From Eremomyces bilateralis CBS 781.70 (taxonomy: Eukaryota): a stretch of DNA of 64,000 bases. The notes beneath the pieces are model-generated. The model was not told where the DNA came from. It made no database searches and worked only from the letters and a program-made list of their open reading frames with translations. This document shows positions 10,501 to 25,536 of the stretch, piece by piece (the first letter of the stretch is position 1; every line of letters starts with the position of its first letter). Both the position numbers and the translations under genes were made by a program. The stretch lies in NCBI GenBank assembly GCA_010015585.1, contig ML975157.1; one strand, 5' to 3'.

Positions 10501-13500
10501 TCGGCGATGGAGGTGACGAAGTTGATTTCCGAGTCTCTGCTGGGACCCAAGTCAAACCGGACTCGGGCTCAGCGGGCATTCAAGGCTCCCAACGATGGGA
10601 CAAAACATGTCCAAATCGGCGCAAGATGGCTGAGATGCGGAGACGGCAATGCTGAAGACGTGTCGGACTACATTATCACACCCTTCATCCAGAGCAATCT
10701 TGACAATTTGGTGCGCGCGGTATCTGCGAGGCGGTATCCGATTCTGCTCCAAGGCCCGACATCGTCCGGGAAAACGAGTATGATCGAATACCTTGCTCGA
10801 CGATCGGGCAACAAATTTGTGCGCATCAACAATCATGAGCATACTGATCTGCAAGAGTACTTGGGCTCGTATGTTTCCAAAGGGGGCGAACAAGTAGAGT
10901 TCCAAGATGGGGCTCTCGTCCAGGCGATGCGGAAGGGCTATTGGATTGTCCTCGACGAGCTGAACTTAGCCCCGGGAGAAGTCCTCGAAGCGTTGAATCG
11001 GCTTCTCGACGACAACCGGGAGCTGTTCATCCCCGAGACGCAGGAGACGGTCCTTCCGCACCCCAACTTCGTCCTCTTCGCTACGCAGAATCCGGCGGGG
11101 CTGTACGGGGGTCGCAAGCACCTCTCGCGTGCATTTCGCAACCGGTTCCTGGAGATGCACTTCGACGATATTCCGACGGAAGAACTCAGCCATATCCTCT
11201 ACCAGCGGTGTTCCATGCCCCAATCGTGGGCCAACCGGATCGTCGCAGTGTACCAGCGACTCTCGCAACTCCGCCAGCAAAATCGGCTGTTTGAGCAGAA
11301 GAGCTTCGCAACTTTGCGAGACCTCTTCCGTTGGGGTGGGAGACCGGCGTCGACGATCGAAGAACTTGCGGAGAATGGTTACATGCTCTTGGCCGAGAGG
11401 GTTCGGAAGGAAGACGAACGGGCCATGGTCAAGACCGCGATTGAAGAGTGCATGAGCAAAGCGCGAGCGCGTGTCACGATCGATCTTGAAAAGCTCTACA
11501 ATGGCGATTTGACCAACATGCAAATCGACTATCCTCGCAACAACGCCGCTTTTGTCGACACCTCTGCGATGCGAAGAATGATCACCCTTCTCGCGCATGC
11601 TTTCAGAAACCATGAGCCAATTCTCTTGATTGGCGAAACCGGATGTGGAAAGACCACAGCGTGTCAAGTCATGGCGCTGCTCAAGGAAACGCTGCTGTTA
11701 ACCGTGAATGCTCACCAGAACACCGAGGCTGGAGATCTTCTCGGTTCGCAACGGCCGATTCGCAATCGGGCCTCCATCGAGTCTGATCTCGTCGCGGCGT
11801 TGACGACTGCCCTTGACTTGCAAGGCGTATCACATCCACCTGCGTCAACTCTATCCGACTTCCTTCATGCCTACGACATCTCTGCGAAAGATCAATTGCC
11901 AAAAGACCTCCAGAAATCGATCGAAGCGAATCGTCTTCGACACTCTCAGCTTTTTGAATGGTCGGACGGACCCCTTGTCCAGGCCATGAGAGAGGGGAAT
12001 TTCTTCCTTCTCGACGAGATCTCTTTGGCCGACGACTCTGTGTTGGAGCGGCTGAACAGCGTCTTGGAGCCGAAGCGGGAGATTTACCTCGCCGAGAAAG
12101 GAGGTGAAGGCCAAAGCATCCAGGGAGCCGACGGCTTCCAGTTCATGGCGACCATGAACCCGGGCGGAGATTATGGCAAGCGCGAGCTCTCTCCAGCCTT
12201 GCGAAATCGCTTTACCGAGATTTGGATCCCCAACATGACCGACCAGGAAGATCTGCTCGTTATCCTCGAAGCCAGGCTTGCTGCGCATACACGGCCGTAT
12301 GGAAGCCGGCTGCTGCAGTTCGCCAAGTGGTTCGGGCAGCAATACAATACCGGAATGACGGAGAGCATATCGCTGCGGAAAATGTTAGGTTGGGTTCAAT
12401 TCGTCAATAGCTTCCCAGAAACCAGCATCCAGGAAGCCATTGTCCATGGCGCTGCATTGGTTTTCATCGACGCCCTCGGTGCAAATCCTGCGGGCTTGAT
12501 CTCCGTTAATCAGGCCAATGTGGAATCCGAACGCCTGGTATGCCTGAACAGCTTGTCGGAGCTCTTTCAGTTCAACGCCACCTTGATTTACTTCGTCACT
12601 GCCGACATAGGGATCTCGAACACTGCGATATCCGTTGGCCCGTTTCAACTTCCTCGGACAGAGACTCCGGCCGACAACGGGGACTTCAGCATGGTTGCTC
12701 CAACGACTCGATCGAACATCATGCGCATTGCCCGAGCGATGCGTTTGCCGAGGCCGATACTCATTGAAGGTGCGCCTGGCGTTGGGAAAACAACCCTGGT
12801 GCTCGAACTTGCTCGGTTACTCGGGAAACGAATTACGCGAATCAATCTCTCGGAGCAGACCGATCTCATGGATTTGTTCGGGTCGGACGTTCCATCGGAA
12901 GGCTCGGAGCTGGGCAAATTCGTTTGGCACGATGCACCGTTTTTGACCGCCATGAAACGAGGCGATTGGGTGTTGTTGGATGAGATGAACTTGGCTTCGC
13001 AGCCGGTCTTGGAAGGTCTCAACGCTTGTCTGGATCACCGTGGCGAAGCGTTCGTTCCAGAGTTGAACCAGACATTCGCAAAGCACCCTGGTTTCATGGT
13101 TTTCGCAGCCCAGAATCCACATCATCAGGGCAATGGTAGGAAAGGATTGCCTGCCTCTTTCGTTGATCGGTTCACTGTGGTATACGCCGAGTCGATGGTA
13201 GCTACTGATTTCGAGCTGATCTGCACACAATCGTTCTCAGACCTTCCACAAGATTCCATCGAGAAGGTGGTCCGTTTCAGCGAGGAAATCGGCAAGCAGC
13301 TTGACAACCGGCGTTTTGGAACCGTTGGAGGTCCCTGGGAATTCAACTTGAGAGACGTTCGAAGATGGCTGGAATTACTGCAGTCACAACGACAGACTCT
13401 CCCTCACGTCCCGCTCGAACACTTTTTCAACCTCATCTGCCTTCAACGATTCCGCACTGGCGAGGACGCGGAGAAAATCCGGCAGCTTTGCCTCGACGTA

Positions 13501-16500
13501 TTTGGGCCTCCCCCAGCCCCAGCAGCATTCCACAACCTCTCTCAAGACCGATATCAAGTTGGCCTGGCGTTGCTCCCGCGGTCACTCGACACCGCCGAAA
13601 GCTCGACTCCTATCACCAACCTCGGGGCCGGGGTTGGATCTCTCCTTGAATCTATCGTCTTCTGTATCGACAGGGCGTGGCCAGTTCTTTTGACTGGTCC
13701 GAGCGGGTGCGGGAAGTCTCATGTCATCCGTTACCTATCAGCTATGGCGGGCGCAAAGCTCGTCAATCTTTCGCTGAACGCCGATACTGACTCCAGTGAC
13801 CTCATTGGTGGGTACGAACAATATGATGCGATGAGGCATATTGCGACTGCCATTGCACAGCTTCGTTCCATTCTTCAAGTCCGAGTCATCCAGATTTGCC
13901 TTCAGACCGAGAACCAGTCTTCCCCTTCTCCTTTGGTGACAAATTTGTTTGAGCTTCTTTCGGATTTGTCTTCATTTCCTCAAGTTGATCTCAAGTCCAT
14001 CCTTCGCAAAGTCGACGATGTTATTGCCGTCCATAGCATGGAGGATATTGCTCCCATCGCTTCTGAACTCTGGAGTCTCGCGCTTGAGGTGGCGCAGCAG
14101 CAGCATGCACGGTTCGAGTGGGTTGATGGAATTGTAATCGAAGCAATGAGCCAGGGATATTGGCTTGTTCTGGATCAAGTTAATCTCTGCAGTCCATCAG
14201 TACTTGACCGGCTGAACTCCCTACTGGAACCCGGCCGTACTCTCAGTGTCAGCGAACACTCCACGGCGACGGGCGAGTCACGGGTGATACGTGCCCACCC
14301 CTCTTTCCGCATCTTTATGACAATGGATCCCCTTCATGGGGAGCTCTCGCGAGCAATGCGGAATAGATCGGTTGAGCTTCATCTCCAGAAAGCGCCTCTC
14401 CAAAGCTCTACTCGCTTCCATCAAAACCTCGAGTCATTGACTTATAGGCTTGAGAGATTCGGCGTGCTCCCATACTCTCAAAAGGATGTGCATTCAAAAT
14501 ACGTAGTGGAACTCGTATGCGAACATCTTAGCCCACATGAGCTTCAGCACAGCGAAGACTTTCTTGATCTCATGTCACAACAGCATGTTGTTGAAGCCGA
14601 ACAAACAGGCGGATCGCTTTTCCTTTCGCTCAGTAAAGCGTTGGGTAGTTCCATCACAAGATGGAATCACTTACAAGAAGGCTCCCTTCAAACTTTTGGA
14701 CAGAGATTCTCCTCTGCACAGGTAAAGATTGTTTTCCTTCTTCTTCCTTTTCGATCTTGCTTACGAGTCAATCAGCCTATCAACGCTTTGAACAATGAAA
14801 TCTCCCTTTACAATCAAGCGCGTTCCTCTTCAGCGATCGAGTACGAGTTCGACCTGTTCGACTTGGTAGGAAGAGTTGCCCAGTTCCATTCTTTCCTTCT
14901 CCAAGTTCGAGAAACGCTCGGAAGCAAGCCGGTTACTCAACTTGAGCTATCCCTCGCTCTTGCAGATCGCAAACCGAGCGCAGCGCTTCAGTTAAGTCGT
15001 ATTGCGGAATTTCTCTTCGGCATCGACCATCTGTTGACATCCATGCTGCCAAGCATGTTTAATCACATACCTTTCAATGCGGTAAGTCTGAATTGACAGT
15101 TCGACACAGATGGTAGAGTATCTAACATCCACCTAGGGTTCATTGAGAGGCTTCCATGATTTCTTCATCTTCATCGACCAGGTTCTTTCTCTTGCCCATC
15201 CGTCCGACAAGAATACTCCCTTCGACCTTGGCCTATTTAATTGCCTAACTTTCCTTGGCCGCTCGCTTGTTCAAAGACTCTCGAAGACGGGAGGTCATCT
15301 TGGTGGATTAGGCCAACAAATCCTAAGTCTCTCCACACTAATAGACAGTAATGGCGGGATGCAATCGGGCTTGGGCTTAGACAGGATTTGGAATCAGTTT
15401 CGACCGATTGTGCCACCGTCCACCGCTCGCTTGCAAGCATTACTCGAACTCGAATCAGTGTCGGATCAACTCGACTCCGTTATGAATCGGAATTATGCAA
15501 ATCTTCAGCTTTTGACCAACGTTCGGAACTCAATGTTGAAAACTCTTTCTGGGCTTTGGAAAGAGACTGAGGGCGACCATGAGCGGTTAGTTTCGCTGAT
15601 CCGATCAGAGATGATGCGTCTTACTGAGGTTGCTGATCCGTCCCGCGGATTTGGCCCATACTTTGCGGACGAGTTCAGAGAAATGCTTCGATTTGTTGAC
15701 GACTACGAGTTCGTAGCTGGAGATCCTGGTGCCATTCAGCTGGCAGTACTCTCAGGGGTCCGAACAAAAGATGTCTGCCTTAATGATGTCCAAAGCAACC
15801 AACTTGTGCGGCCACTGGCGAGCCTGAACAAAATAACAGGTGGTGTTTCAGAGGCGGGCATAACCAATCGATACGAGAATTTGGCGATCAAATGCCTAGC
15901 CAAACTGTAAGTTGCTCTAGTTCTTCGCCTCATTTGCTCCTGCTGACAACGGTTTTTAGGACAATACTGCCAGACATGCGACTGAAGCATCTGAAAGGTA
16001 TGCTTGTCGAGATGCAAACCATGGGACAGCAGCTTGCCAGAAACCCTGGGCTACTGTGCTCGAGCAGAATGGATTCTCTCGATCGTTTGCTCCGAAGCAT
16101 GTTCGACCGTATCGTGGAGTCGAACAACTGCACTCAATTGCCTCCTTTGGAGAACACGACCGAGATACAGCCAGAAGTCACAGAGGTTGACTCTCGATAT
16201 GAGGCTTCCGATCCTGCCGCACAATTCTTCCAGAAAACCCGATCTCGATTCCTGAACCCAGTTTCCAGGTATCTTGAAGCCCGCCGGTCCTCATCTTGCA
16301 GCCTCCATGAAGCATCGTCCGCATGGGTCTCATTTGGTCTTGCCTGCATATACATCACTGTCCCCAACGTTGAATATGACCCTGCAACCAGGGAGATGCT
16401 TCAATTGGATCGATTTGTTCGCATGAAGAATGACTTGATGCATCGCATCGGAGGCGTAGAGACGTACTTGGCCGCTTTCGGCGCCTCGGACTCGAATCTC

Positions 16501-19500
16501 CGGTTGACTATGCTTCAGTCCAGGCTTGCTTTGACGGGCGAGTATTCTGCAACGTTGCCTCGACTCCCGAGGCCGAAGAAATCACAGATGCATCTCTTGC
16601 AGCGGGATTTCAATACTCTGCTTGTCCTCAGTCGTGGGATCGAAGCGTCATTCTTGAACAGCACGAACCCTCAGGTGGACGAAACGGCGCTAAACAATCT
16701 TGCTCAAATCAGTTTCCGTCTGAAGCATTCATATCGTCACTACGAGGATATCACCTTCCTTGTGAATGGTTTCATCCACTGCCTAATGCTTGGCCTGATT
16801 TTAGCAAAGGAGGCCAAGAACGACAAGCAGGTGGACGACATACATCCCTGCAAATCTCTTCAGTCCGTTGTGCCACTTTTGGGTGATGAAGCTACACGAT
16901 TCGACCTACGAAATTACGCACCGATGCTTATGTTTGGGGATGATTCTTTCATATCTGCTCTCCTTCAAGTCGTCTCGTTCCACTCCTGCGTCCAGGATGA
17001 CTTCACACAATCCGACTCAAACGGCGAGATTTTACATACCGTCTTCCGTTCTGTGGATCAAAGGTGGGCGTCCAAGCTTTCAAGTGACCAGGATGTGGAA
17101 GCGGCGCGCACGAAATGGTATGCGTATAGGGGAGCTCAGCATTTGCCTGAAACTGAAGAAGAAGAACTGGAAGAACTGTTCCCTCTCTCCGAGGAGCAAG
17201 AAGGTGCGAACCCTGATACAATCTCGGGCTTGCTATCCTCTAGAAGGCTCTGTGACTTGCACCGAGCACTATTTCTTTCGAACGGTGAGGCCACTGAGCA
17301 GCTGATTTCATTACTGCATCACATGAATCAGTGCCTGGCTCGTGACGAATTGAGTCAGGATGGCATTTCGGTTCCATCTGCAACAGTCTTCCCTCTCTTG
17401 GTCCGCAAGGTCAACGAGCTCATCCGCGGATATTCCAGCGATGTGTCACCCAGCAACCAGTCCAACTTCTATAGCGGTGCGAACGTCTCGCAAGCTCGGA
17501 AGTTCCTTGAAATTCTGGACAATTGCCGCCGCCGATTCCAGCAAATTGGCGAAGCCTGGCCTGATCACGCTGTTCCGATCGAGGTGATATCGCTCTGCGA
17601 TGAGTTTGACGAATCTCAGCATGACGAGCCTTTGGCCAAGCTGATAGCCAAAGCCGAAAAAATACATCGCTCAATTCACAGGTGGCAGCAAGTGACGAGT
17701 CGGGAGTATAGTGCCGCAGGACAATACGATACATTGACGACGCTGATTATCGATTGGAGACGACTGGAGCTGGGGTCTTGGGCTGGCCTTTTTGACGACG
17801 AGCTGAAGGCTTCCCAGGAAAAAGCAAAGGAATGGTGGTTTTTAGGCCTCCGAAACATCGTCATCCTCCCCGAGGGCCTTGTGATGGCTGGAGAAACCTC
17901 CAAGTCTCATCTTGCCGACCTGTTGAGTGGTGTCCATGAGTTCCTTTCCACAGCGCCGTTCGGCCAGTTCACCGAAAGACTCCGGATACTCTCCCAATTC
18001 CGAGCACACTTAGACATGAGATCGAAGCATGTCAAGGGTCTTGCAGGCTTCCCAGAGGGACTGTCCAACATACTCAACTTCTACGCTCTATTTGAGGGTC
18101 ATGTCCAGAATTATATCAAGGAGCATAGGTCCGTACTGGAGAAAGAGATCAAAACAGTGATCCAGCTCGCATCCTGGAAAGACCAGAACATCGACTCTCT
18201 CGAGCAGAGCTCGAAGACATCGCACCGAAAGCTGCTGAGGATTGTCAAGAAACTTAGGACCGTCTTGAATGAACCAGTCTCCTCGATCGTCAAGAAAGGA
18301 CCTGCACTTCAAATCAGCAGCCTCACCCCAAAGACCAAACTCCACACGTTGACAATCGATATACCCTCCGCCGCTCTTCCTTTGGCGGGGGGTCTTGGTC
18401 AAGTGGAGGCTTGGGAGAGCAGACCGATGCGATTTCAAAATGCGTACGCAACGGCACAAATGATGACACGGAAGACTCCTGTTCTAGAACACGGTTTGCA
18501 GGAGTCACAAATTCTCGAGGCTTTCCTCCACGACCTGAGTGGTATGATATCGGAACTACAAAAGGAAACCCCAAAGACCTTGACCGAGGAGAATACAGAC
18601 GAGGTCAAATTCCTAACGATGAGAAAGCGTAAGTTACTCAACGAGACCATTCGCCAATTGAGACATTTTGGGTTCGGTGGGAGTCTTTCCACTGCTACGC
18701 TTGCAAATCAAGAATCATTGGCCCAAATCTCCACGATTTCGCGCCCTCCCGGGTGCGGAGAGGGAATATTTGACTTCCAGCATGCCGAGCAAAGGTTTTT
18801 CAGGACCCTTCATCTTGCCCCTCAGATACGCAACGCTACTCAGGAGCATTCTTCGGACTTGTCGCGCGAAGACGTTCAAAAATGCGCAACATTGTTCGAG
18901 GTGCTGCTTCACCATACGATTACTCAACGGACCCGGTCCTCAGACGTGTTGGACTCCTTCAGCAAATTGGAAAGCAATGTGCAAGCACTATACAACATGG
19001 CCGCTGCTAGCAAAGAATCCAAGCTATCCAAGACCACGGCTGAGAACCCCGTCAGCATGGACAACTTCCTAGGATATTTGATCCCTGTGTTGAACGTTGG
19101 CATTCTGAACATCAAGGATCAAGCGGAAGTCGCTCAACTCGAGCGAGGGTCGTTCATCAGTTCACTTCAGGATTACGTGATTCAGCTTCGGACCACGCGA
19201 GCTGAATATGCCGCTCTCCCATCACTTCCTCATGGGGTGACTTCTCTTGTGCATCTTGATTGGGAGCAAAAGGCAGAGAAAATCACTCAGGCTCTACAAC
19301 TTGAATTGATAGGTGCACGCGAGCACTTTCCAGAGTTGACAATTATGGTGGACAAAATCATCCCTTGGACTACACGCAGCTGCGTCAACGGCGGTCCCGA
19401 GCAGGAAACAAACGACAATCGAATCGACTCCTCAACTGTGGAGAGCATCTTTGAAGTCTGCGATGCCATGCTCGTCTCAATCCAAGAAGCGGGCAAGGCA

Positions 19501-22299
19501 GTAGAAACATTCCCAGACTCGACTGATATCAAATCATGGTTGACTAAATCAGGGCAGTCGATGAAGAGTATAACGGCCGGCCTCCATCTAGATTCGACCT
19601 CAATCAGACTTGGAGCACTTCTGGAATCCTTCTCACGCCTCGGTCAGGACAGTGTGGAAAGCCTTGGGCCTATTCTTGTCTCAGTGCTTCCAATCATTGC
19701 ACAATTCAGGAATATCTCTCAAGCAGCAGTGTTGCGAAATGCCAAGTACTACTCGCAACTCTGTGCTCTTGTGGAGTTCCTTGCCCAGACATTCTCCAAA
19801 TTAGCTACTGATGGCTTCTGCAATCCACAGGACCTCAACAATGATGTGGATGTTGGGGCAGAGAAGCTGGAAAGCGGTACAGGATTAGGGGATGGTGACG
19901 CCGCAGGAGCAAATAACATCAGTGGAGAGATAGAGGACGAAGAAGAGTTGGAAGATATTGAAAAAGATTCGGCGGAGAAAGAGGATGGAGCGGAGGATAC
20001 TGCTGAGAAAGATGCAATCGAAATGGGAGAAGACGACAACACTGGAAAGATTTCTGACGTGTCAGATTCTGAAGGTGAAGATGACGACAAATCCGATGCT
20101 GAGGACGATCTAGACGAAGATGTGGGAGATCTTGACAATAATGATCCCGATGCCATAGACGAGAAAATGTGGGATGAGGCGGGAGAGAGCATGAAGGAGG
20201 AAAAACAGAAGGATCAAAAGGGCCAGCGGCAGGACGAAACTGAGCAGGCGGATGACAACGGAGAGCCGGAGACCGAAGAGGGTGCGGAGGAGGACTTCAT
20301 CAGCGACAAGGAGATGGGGGAAGAACAGGATGAACAACGGCCCAATGAGGAGCATGACGTTCTCGATATGCCCGAAGACCTCGATATGGATGGAGATGAG
20401 TCGACGGCATCTGAAGATTCCTTTGACCGCACAATTGAGGAAGACATGCTCCCAGAAGACAGCGCCCCTCCAAAGGAAAAGGAAGGTAGCGTCGAGACGG
20501 AAGAACCCGACGAAGAAGGCGTTGAAAATCCACCGGGCCAGGACATTGATGATGAAATGGAAGATGAAATGGAGGTTGACGAGGAAGAAAATCCGGACGT
20601 GTCGGCGGAAGCTGAGGATGTGGATGGCATGGATGTTGATGAGGAAGATGAAGCACCGAAAAGTCAACCACAGGAACAAACGAATGGTCTCTCACAGAAT
20701 GAGGAGGCTAACCAGGGTGCCGACCAGACCGAAACGCACGACTTGACCACCGATCAAGAACAGGATGCGGAAAATGGCCCAGCAGAAACAGTGCCTTCAA
20801 CAGCTTCAGCGGAACCAAAGAACGAGCAAGAAGCTGATGAGGCCATCCCTGGCGCTGAAAAGGACCCCGACAACACGCGTTCTGATGGCCCGCCTTCCGA
20901 AGAGGTATCACGCTTCAAGCGTCTTGGAGATGTTCTGGAAAAATGGTTCAACAAGCAAGTCAAAAACAGTACCCCTCAAGAAAAGCAAGACAATACAAAG
21001 TCCGATCAGGACATGGCAAAGGCTGAGCTGTCCCACGTCCAAGAGGGCGACGAAGAGGGTGATGGGCAGGCTCTTGGTACTGCTTCGAAAGACCAGATAC
21101 GAGCCTTGGATCGCGAGCAAGGGATTGACGTCGACGATGAGGATGAAGACGGAGTGCCTCTATCTCCCCAATCTTCACACGGAGGATCGGAGGATGCGAA
21201 TATGGACGACAACGAATCTACGATTGATGGGCAGGCGCATTCTTTCGGGCCGAACGCAACGGCCAGAGATCCTCAGGCAGATAAGGATCAAGACGCCGAT
21301 GCGAAATCCATTGATGACCTGGACCTAGCCGACGACATGGACGAACAGATGGAATCCATGGACCTAGAGGATCGGACACCTTGCCTTGAAGATCTACAAG
21401 ATGCCGATGCCGCGCGTTCCCTTTGGAAACACGACGAGGCGCGGATCCGGCCCCTTGCGCTGGCGCTCACCGAACAACTCCGCTTGATCCTCGAACCCAC
21501 GCTGGCGTCGAAGATGCGGGGCGACTTCCGCACTGGCAAGCGACTGAACATCCGGCGCATCATCCCCTACATCGCGTCCGGCTACAAGCGCGACAAGATC
21601 TGGATGCGCCGATCCATCCCGACGCGACGCACCTACCAGATCCTGCTCGCGCTGGACGACAGCAAGAGCATGGCGGAGAACCGCAGCTGGGAGCTGGCGC
21701 TCGAGAGCACAACGCTCGTGTCGACGTCCCTCAACATGCTGGAGGCCGGCGAGTTGGCCGTGGTCGGGTTCGGGGAGGACGTCAAGGTGGTCCATGAATT
21801 TGGCAAGCCCTTCTCCAACAACGCTGGTGCCGAACTGTTCGGACAATTTACCTTCCAGCAATCCAAAACGGACATCCTGAAATTGCTGAGGCGCAGCATC
21901 GGGATTCTTCGAGATTCGCGCGCGCGACAATCCGGCTCCGCCGCGGAGCTCTGGCAGTTGATGATCGTCATGAGCGATGGGCACTGCGAGGACCATGAAC
22001 GACTACGGGCCTTGGTCAGACAAGCGCAAGAGGAACGGGTCATGGTCGTGTTTGTCGTCCTGGACGCCGCCAACGACACCGGCAACGGTTCCACCGAGAA
22101 GAAGTCCAGCATTCTGAACCTTCGTTCCGCGGAGTTTGAGCAGGATGCGAATGGCGAGACAAAAGTGGTGTGGCGGAATTATTTCGACACGTTCCCGTTC
22201 CAATGGTACGCGCTCGTGCAGAACATCGAAGAGCTGCCATCGGTTTTGGCCAATGCTTTACGGCAGTGGTTTGCGGAGGTGGCGGTTACTGGGGGTTAG
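7543..22299 (+). CDS. MDN1: Midasin (AAA+ ATPase for 60S biogenesis)
   Basis: Six Walker-A modules (GLPGSGKT, GETGAGKT, GPTSSGKT, GETGCGKT, GAPGVGKT, GPSGCGKS), long linker, D/E-rich tail and C-terminal MIDAS (DDSKSM). Introns at about 14722-14775, 15082-15136 and 15907-15960. Confidence 0.97.
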
Positions 22300-22483
22300 A
22301 GGGATCAGCGACGGAGTTTGTACAGTAATAGAAATAGAGTCGTGAGACAGAGCTATAGGCTCAGTGATTTCGATTGTTGCACCCCATATCTGACTATGGT
22401 ATCAGCGACGCCATACAACCCTCCGTGCACAATAACAAAACATCCATCATACACCACCAACTCCCAACGCGAACGACATTGCC

Positions 22484-24978
22484 TCATAGCAGATCGTTCT
22501 GAAACTTCCTCACCCCCGTCTTAATCTCATCCACAATCTCCACCGCCTCAGCGCGGCTCTGCGCCTCGAAATCATACCGCTTCGACTCCCGCTCCCGGTA
22601 GATGATGACGCGGAACATCCGCGGATGCCGCCGGCTCACCTTGCAGCCGACAATGGTGCTGTAGTGCATCGCTGAGGTCTTCGCGTTGACGTCGAAGAGG
22701 GCCTTGGTGCCGCCGGCCCCGGACTCGCTCGGCATGAGGTGCAGATACTCGCCGTCCAGCGCCATGATGCGCGCGCTTGATGAGGAGAACGACATCGGCT
22801 GCTTCCGGGTGACGTTGTACCGCTTGTAATTCGCGATGCTGAACAACGCGTCGTGCTTTTGCGCCAACGGATTGAGCAATGTCGGGGCGCCTTTCTTCCC
22901 CTTCTTGGTCGTTCCGCCGGGAGATATGAAGAGCGGCGCATTGGGCGTGCTGCTCCCCGGCGACCCGCTTAATCCAAAGCTTGCCTCGCCGACGAACCGC
23001 CGTCTGGTCAGGTCTAGTTCAGATCGATCGCCGAGCGCCTCGACGATCCGATCGTTGGGCGCGACGGTGCTGGTCCCGCCGACTTTGAGGATATACAGCC
23101 CTTTGTCGACATTGAACTTTTTGCACACCTGATCAAAGACGTCGGCGAGGTAGGTGTCCGTGGTGGTTTCGATCGTCACGGTGCGGGTGAGGAAGCTATC
23201 GTCGGTAAATCGAATGACCAGCGACTTCGTGACTCCGGTCCGTGGAGTGGCTTGGGGCGCCGGTGCGGCCGGTGTGTCCATAAGATTCGCATTTCTTCGG
23301 AACCCTTCGGCGGTGTGGGCGGGCCCGATAATTGGATTTCGAAACGCGCTGACATTAGAGCTTGGTGCGAACGATGCGGGAGGAGCCCGTTGCAGGGCGG
23401 GAGAGGATTCCTCGCGCTTGACGACGTCTTGGGATTCCTTCGCGGCTGCGGCCTCTCGGCTGTACTCAGGGGTCTGCGCTTCGTTATCTTTGAACTGGGC
23501 TTCATCTGCTGCCACGAGTGCAAACTCGTCCCAAGGTTTTTCTCGTGAGCGTAGACGCGCCCGATTATTGTTAGACGTAAAATCAGAGATTGGTCGCGTC
23601 CGGACGAGGGCAGGAAAGTCCATATCCACTTCTTCGTCCTCGACCATCCGAAGGGTCCATGCATTGACGTTCATTTGCAGTCCGCTCAGGGGCGGTTCGA
23701 TGGCTTCATCTCCGAATCTCCACAATGCCAGTCCGATGGCATCTGCAACAGACACTCGAGACCCATCGTGGCTAGCCCTCATCATGAGAACTTCATATGG
23801 CTTGGTAGGCCGTTTGGAGAAAGGTGCGTAAATCTTGATGTATAATGGGTTTGGATCCCCTTTGCCCGAAAGAGAGGCAAACCGTTGGAACGGACTCTCT
23901 GAGCCCTTATCCTTGGCAACTAACGCTTGTGTGAGCGCGCTGACGGGAGGGAGCATGCTTATGGGGCGTGGAGGTGGAAGCGCCTGTAAAATGGGCGGCG
24001 GATGCCTTGATTTCTTCGGGGATGTGTTCATCAACGAAGGAGATACGATGGGGTTCAGGCGCATTTGTAAGGGGGAAATCGAGTCGTTTGCATCGGGCCC
24101 TAATATCGAACCGGAGTCGGCCGAGCCCGCGAATTCCGACGACAGAGTGCTGTCCGAATCTTCCGCCACATCGACATCCTGTATAGCCACGTCGCTCGGG
24201 CGTCGTTCTTCCTGGATGCTCTCCGAAAGGAACAGTGCCGTTTTCGCGGTCATCGCTCGGGGGCCTTGTTGGATTTGCGCAAACGGAGGGCCCAGCTCAT
24301 TGTCGGACGACATATCACTGCTTGTGGTTGTGTCCCGTCTCGGACGCGTGAGAGCGCCGAGCTGGCCTAGTGATCCTCGTCGTAGACCTCTCCCATCCGG
24401 AGGCCTGGACGGGGAGGTAACAAGCACCGCGGGCCCATCTTGAATACTCGGGGATGAGCCAGCACGGTTTCGGACTGGCATCTTGCTGAACTTGATTTGT
24501 TGTGCGGCTCTTTGAAACCCGTCCTCGTCCTCGTCGGTTTCATCGCTAAGGTCGCTGCTATCCTCCTCTTCGATCTGCTCTCTCCGACGTCTCCGTTTGG
24601 TATTCAGTCCAGGGCCAACTGTTTCGCCGCTGGCAGCGCCGCCAGTGATCATCCCGCCCTCATCGTCATCCTCTAGCTCCTTTCCGCCAACGCCTGCGGA
24701 GCGCGGCGCCTGGAAATAATCGGCGGTAATAGCGGTTGGGATCGGAGGGGAGTAGGTCCGCTTGATATCGGATTGGTTCAGCGTCCAACCAGCCGCTCGA
24801 TAAGCCGGGTTGTTCAGGACCGATGTGTTGACGTTAATGAGACGCTCCCCAACGCCGTCTTTGATATTGGCTAGATATGACGTCCGTAGCTGATATAGGA
24901 CGAAGCTGTTCGAGAATTAGCGCCACCCCACTCCGTACTTCGGTCTTTTCCTCACTCTTCGTCCTGGAGTAGCGACAT
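22484..24978 (-). CDS. SIN1: TORC2 subunit Sin1/Avo1
   Basis: MSLLQDED/FVLYQLRTSYLANIKDGVGERLI start (23-nt first exon), CRIM-like WTLRMVEDEEVDMDFPAL, C-terminal PH domain (KRYDFEA). Confidence 0.9.
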
Positions 24979-25536
24979 GGTTTAAATACGAGGGCATGTC
25001 TCCTTGCATGAAACGATGCCGATGGCAGCAGAGGATCGAATGCGACGTCAAATGAAAAGGAACGAATGATATTACTATAAGGCCAGCCTATGCGATGAGA
25101 AGGAAGCAAGGATGATGCTACATGCAGCCGGCGATGCGCATAGAATTCAACGGGTTATGAGTGGGTGGACTCCCGTACATAGTTACCTTACATGTAGGAT
25201 GATGGAGAGATGGATGGGATGGGATAAGATTGATGGACGTATCTAATATGGATCTATGCATGTGGCGCATTTCAGGGACGAATGGCGGGGAAGACCCGCA
25301 GATCCGCAAGGGACGCTATTAGGCATTAGCCATATAATTATAATTCATATCTTGTACGGAATACTCTAACTAATACTCTTGTGGCGATTAATGAATCACA
25401 TCAACATACATCCAAGATTTCTCTTCCCTACAACTTCATACTCTCTACCCCTGGTCAATATCTTGATCCACGATTGCGATCAACCTCTCCGTCCTTCAAA
25501 CCACGAATACCCTTCAGACCAACCGTTTTGCAGATA

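Noticed and set aside
15082..15960. Apparent split of midasin into three ORFs (pseudogene or frameshift)
   Set aside because: Canonical 55- and 54-nt introns join the ORFs in frame.
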